DNA from: a virus
Lineage: Duplodnaviria > Caudoviricetes
Direction: 5' to 3' (one strand)
Length of the DNA: 27,840 nucleotides
IMG/VR virus record: IMGVR_UViG_3300037465_000215
Coordinates: 1 to 27,840 of that record
The notes under the pieces were generated by a model. The model did no database searches, was not told the origin of the DNA, and worked only from the letters and a program-made list of their open reading frames with translations. Shown here in pieces: positions 25,110 through 27,840 of this stretch. A program made the position numbers and the translations under genes. Position 1 is the first letter of the stretch, and the number at the start of each line of letters is the position of its first letter.

Positions 25110-25570
25110 GGCTTCACCCGCCGCTTCTTCAGCGCCGCGTAGTGCGCATTGACATGCTGCATCTCCATGCGAGCGACTGCATGCTCGTGTTGCGCCGCGA
25201 GTAAATCCGCCACCGCTTTCGCGAGCGGGTCGTTCATCTGCGTACCGAGTTCGGCGTGGACCTTGCGCTCGGCCTCGACGAACGTGACAGCCGCCGCGAC
25301 GACAGCGTTCCCCGCCGCGCGGATAGAGTTCTCCGCGAGCCAGACGCGGCTATGCGCTCGGTGCATACGGATACGAGCGTCCGTTCGCTCGGTGATGCGC
25401 TTCGCCTTCTCATCGCGGCGCTTCTTCACCACCGACGGCGCGTGGACCTTGCAGAAGTGGCCTCCGCCTTCGTGCAGCGATGCGCGGGCGCGGCACACGT
25501 TACCGTTCCGCTTCCGCCCTTCGCAGCGCGTTGGCGCGAGCTTCGCCGTCACGACCTCGGGCTCCTCCAT
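25106..25570 (-). CDS. Protein with an N-terminal CCCH-type Zn finger and helical C-terminus (154 aa)
   Basis: RCEGRKRNGNVC...HFCKVH. TGATG coupling to the VWA gene and a GGAGG RBS. Confidence 0.7.
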   Translation of the reverse strand: MEEPEVVTAKLAPTRCEGRKRNGNVCRARASLHEGGGHFCKVHAPSVVKKRRDEKAKRITERTDARIRMHRAHSRVWLAENSIRAAGNAVVAAAVTFVEAERKVHAELGTQMNDPLAKAVADLLAAQHEHAVARMEMQHVNAHYAALKKRRVKP

Positions 25571-27042
25571 CAAGCGACCTCCTTCCTCGGCTTGTCGCAC
25601 CGCACGACCGGGCGGATGTGCCCGGGGACGGTGGCGCTCCCGATGACGCACGTCACGAGCCGCGCGTGGCGTGGCATCTCCTTCGGGCTCGGCCACGGCG
25701 TCTCGCCGTCGGTCACGAGCACGATGACATCGAACTTCCGCTCATCGGCCGCGCGGATACCGACGCGCATGTCGGTCCCGCCGCCGCCCTTCACGAGCTT
25801 GTCCGCGTCCGCCTTCGACTTCACGCGGACCCACGTCTGCACGTCCGCGTCCACCGCCGCCGCCCAACACGGCGACCCGGTCGCGAGGACGATGCCGACG
25901 ACTTCCGACAGCGCCTCGTCGAGCAACGTCCGGTCGGTGCGCCGCATCTGCATCGAGCCGGACGTGTCCACGAGGATGCCGACGCTCGGCACCGGCGCGA
26001 CCGGACCCGGCAGGATGGGAGCCTCGTCGCCGAACATCTGCCGCATGGCGCTCGCCCGCCGGGATTGACGTCCGAACTTCCAGTCCATCCGCCCGCGTGC
26101 GAACGCGACCGCGTTCCGCACGAGCGGAGCGAGGACGCGCTGCCACGGCACGGCGGGCGCGGCAAGCTGCGCCTTCGCCCACCGTTCGAACGAGCCGGGC
26201 ACCGTGCCGCGCCCGAACTGATCCATGAGCCGCTTCATCTCGGCTGTGGGCTCGACGGTGTCGTGCGCGACCTGACGCCGTGCGACCTCGACCTCGACCT
26301 CGGTCGCGCCGTGCGGCAGGCTCGACTCGTCTAGCTCGTTCTCGGTCGGATGTTTGTGACCCGAGCACGAGCCGCAGCATCCCTCGAACGGCCGAGGCGG
26401 CGCGGGTTCGTCGCCGGACTCGTCCGCAGCGCTGCCGTCAGCATCCGGCCCATTGCCCGGCGCGCCTTGAGCGGCGTGCTCGCTCTGTTCGTTCGACGCG
26501 GCGGGCGTCGGCGTCGCGCGCTGGTCGGCGTCGCGCATCTTCTCGGCGCGCTGGAACAACGTCTCGCCGTACTCCTCCGCGAGCTTCCCGTCCGGCAGCT
26601 TGAACAGGCCGGGCAGCATCGGCGCGAATCCCTCGGGGAACGCGAAGCCGACTTCGAGCACCGACGGGTTTATCTCCACGTCGGCGACCACGTTCCAGAA
26701 GAACATCGGTGACTTCGCGAGCAGCGGGTGTATCCGTTCGAGCCACGGACGGAGCGCCTGCCAGCGCGCGCCCTCCTGCTCGACGTAGGCGGCGCCGCGC
26801 GCGATGTGCTCGCGCAGCGGGTGCTGGACCTCGTGCGCGAGGAACGTCTCGCAGAACTCCACGCCCCACTTCTCGACCATCGCCGGGTCGTAGTGGACGC
26901 GCAGCTTGTCGTCCACGAAGAACGTACCCGCGCCGGGCGCTTCGACCGGCGCGAGCTTGTAGAGCATCCGCATGAAGTAGGGCAGTCGCTTGTAGACGCC
27001 CATTCGCGCGGCGCACACGATGTCGAACGGTGACATGTTCAC
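25570..27042 (-). CDS. DUF2201-like protein: N-terminal HExxH metallopeptidase-like domain plus C-terminal VWA domain
   Basis: LAHEVQHPLREH, WNVVADVEIN, AEEY, CGSCSG. MIDAS motif VDTSGSM, GGGGTDM and VTDGETPWP. Confidence 0.9.
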   Translation of the reverse strand: MNMSPFDIVCAARMGVYKRLPYFMRMLYKLAPVEAPGAGTFFVDDKLRVHYDPAMVEKWGVEFCETFLAHEVQHPLREHIARGAAYVEQEGARWQALRPWLERIHPLLAKSPMFFWNVVADVEINPSVLEVGFAFPEGFAPMLPGLFKLPDGKLAEEYGETLFQRAEKMRDADQRATPTPAASNEQSEHAAQGAPGNGPDADGSAADESGDEPAPPRPFEGCCGSCSGHKHPTENELDESSLPHGATEVEVEVARRQVAHDTVEPTAEMKRLMDQFGRGTVPGSFERWAKAQLAAPAVPWQRVLAPLVRNAVAFARGRMDWKFGRQSRRASAMRQMFGDEAPILPGPVAPVPSVGILVDTSGSMQMRRTDRTLLDEALSEVVGIVLATGSPCWAAAVDADVQTWVRVKSKADADKLVKGGGGTDMRVGIRAADERKFDVIVLVTDGETPWPSPKEMPRHARLVTCVIGSATVPGHIRPVVRCDKPRKEVA

Positions 27043-27620
27043 GATGCGACCTCCAGCCGGGCCTGCCCCTCGGCCTTCTGCTTGATGGCGTAGAACGTCG
27101 CCGACTGCGCCTTGATGGACTTCCGCAGCGCCTCGACGAGCGCGGCGACCTCGCCCGTGATGGCGAAGTGCAGCGCCGCTTCCTCGGCCGCGTCCGCCAC
27201 GCCCTTCGCCCGGTAGAGCGCGGCGTAGACGTACTGATCGGCGTCCTTCATCGCCTCGGCCCGCTCGGGCGAGCCGGTCGGCAGCGCGCTCGCCTTCGCG
27301 AATCGCGCCCGAACCTTCGCGACGAGCGTGCCGACGAACCGCTGCATAGACTCGACCTCGCCCGTGATGGCGCGTCGGGCGATGGCGACTACCTTCTCGA
27401 CCTCATGCTCGCCGAACTCGACGACCTCGACGATAGCGCCCTTCTCGACCCACTCCTTCAACGGGACGAGCGCGACATTCGCCGTGGGTAGGACCCAACA
27501 CGACTTGTTGACGCGCGCCCCCCACCGACGGAGTAGCGCGGACGGGTTCGGGATGTAGACCTTCGATGGGATGTCGTACACGAGCAGCGCGTAGCGGGTA
27601 CCAGCCTCGAGCTTCGTCAT
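27039..27620 (-). CDS. Hypothetical protein with an N-terminal Cas2/VapD/PaaX-M/ChrB-N-like ferredoxin-fold domain and a helical C-terminus (193 aa)
   Basis: GAGGAG RBS before ATG 27620. ALLVYDIP...LLRRWGARVNKSCWVLP...KGAIVEVVEF. Confidence 0.65.
   Translation of the reverse strand: MTKLEAGTRYALLVYDIPSKVYIPNPSALLRRWGARVNKSCWVLPTANVALVPLKEWVEKGAIVEVVEFGEHEVEKVVAIARRAITGEVESMQRFVGTLVAKVRARFAKASALPTGSPERAEAMKDADQYVYAALYRAKGVADAAEEAALHFAITGEVAALVEALRKSIKAQSATFYAIKQKAEGQARLEVAS
27146..27372. repeat. Exact 20-nt direct repeat CGACCTCGCCCGTGATGGCG (27146-27165 and 27353-27372)
   Basis: Read directly. Copies are 207 nt apart, in frame, and both encode AITGEV. Confidence 0.85.
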
Positions 27621-27630
27621 GGGGTTCTCC

Positions 27631-27840
27631 TCAACGCGTCGCCACGAAACCGGCGGCGCGGATGATGGGTGCGAGTTCGGCAATAAGGTCCTGTACGCTC
27701 GACAGCAGCGCGCCGGACGGCTTCGTCATGGCGAGCGACTGCCCGCCGAGCGCGACGACCGTCTTGTCCGCGCCGGATGCGAGGACGTGCCGGAGCCCGT
27801 CCCACGCGGCGTTCCAGCGCGCAAGCTTCTCCTTGTCCTT
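27631..27840 (-). CDS. C-terminus of a probable MoxR-like AAA+ ATPase (truncated by the window edge)
   Basis: Open frame KDKEKLARWNAAWDGLRHVLASGADKTVVALGGQSLAM...ELAPIIRAAGFVATR*. The RW..AW..L pattern recalls C-termini of AAA ATPases paired with DUF2201-VWA genes. Walker motifs are not in the window. Confidence 0.55.
   Translation of the reverse strand, partial: KDKEKLARWNAAWDGLRHVLASGADKTVVALGGQSLAMTKPSGALLSSVQDLIAELAPIIRAAGFVATR

Larger units (their letters stand above)
1..27840. mobile_element. Tailed phage/prophage genome segment (siphovirus-like morphogenesis and lysis modules plus a convergent accessory operon)
   Basis: Canonical order terminase-portal-protease-capsid-neck-tail tube-chaperone-tape measure-tail tip-lysin. 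Genes are tightly packed with many TGATG/ATGA/GTGA overlaps. No host housekeeping genes seen. Confidence 0.97.

Noticed and set aside
27039-27620. CRISPR-Cas locus suggested by the Cas2-like motif
   Set aside because: No repeat-spacer array, cas1 or other cas gene is visible. The only repeat is a two-copy in-frame coding repeat.
1-27840. Avoidance of SAGCTS (CAGCTG/GAGCTC-type sites)
   Set aside because: Gln-Leu and Glu-Leu often use CAG-CTT, CAA-CTC or GAA-CTC, but GAGCTC and GAGCTG do occur (e.g. near 830, 4180, 7593, 8423). It cannot be claimed without counting.

Overview
The whole window is a high-GC (about 70% by eye) tailed-phage or prophage segment, most likely a siphovirus (tail tube and tape measure present, no sheath gene seen). 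The + strand (1-24112) carries, in order: a nuclease/recombination cluster (MmcB-like, Zn-finger, NinG-like), candidate TerS, TerL, a tRNA with CAT anticodon, a portal-MuF fusion, a 57-aa Zn-ribbon gene missing from the ORF track, a prohead protease, an HK97-fold capsid, neck and tail genes, a tail chaperone with a probable +1 frameshift, tape measure, tail-tip genes, an amidase with two membrane proteins, and a frameshifted ParB-N/DNA methyltransferase. A convergent - strand operon (24279-27840) holds the 3' end of a probable MoxR-like AAA+ ATPase, a stand-alone Cas2/VapD/ChrB-N-like protein, a HExxH-metallopeptidase/VWA protein and several small genes. Highlights: (1) the AAA+ / Cas2-like / peptidase-VWA module with no CRISPR context; (2) apparent total absence of RTCGAY and CCWGG plus strong GATC depletion; (3) an SFE[ES][WF][LF] peptide shared by portal and protease; (4) a nested domain duplication in the large tail protein. 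All family assignments come from motif recognition and synteny, not database searches. No integrase, att site or host gene is visible.
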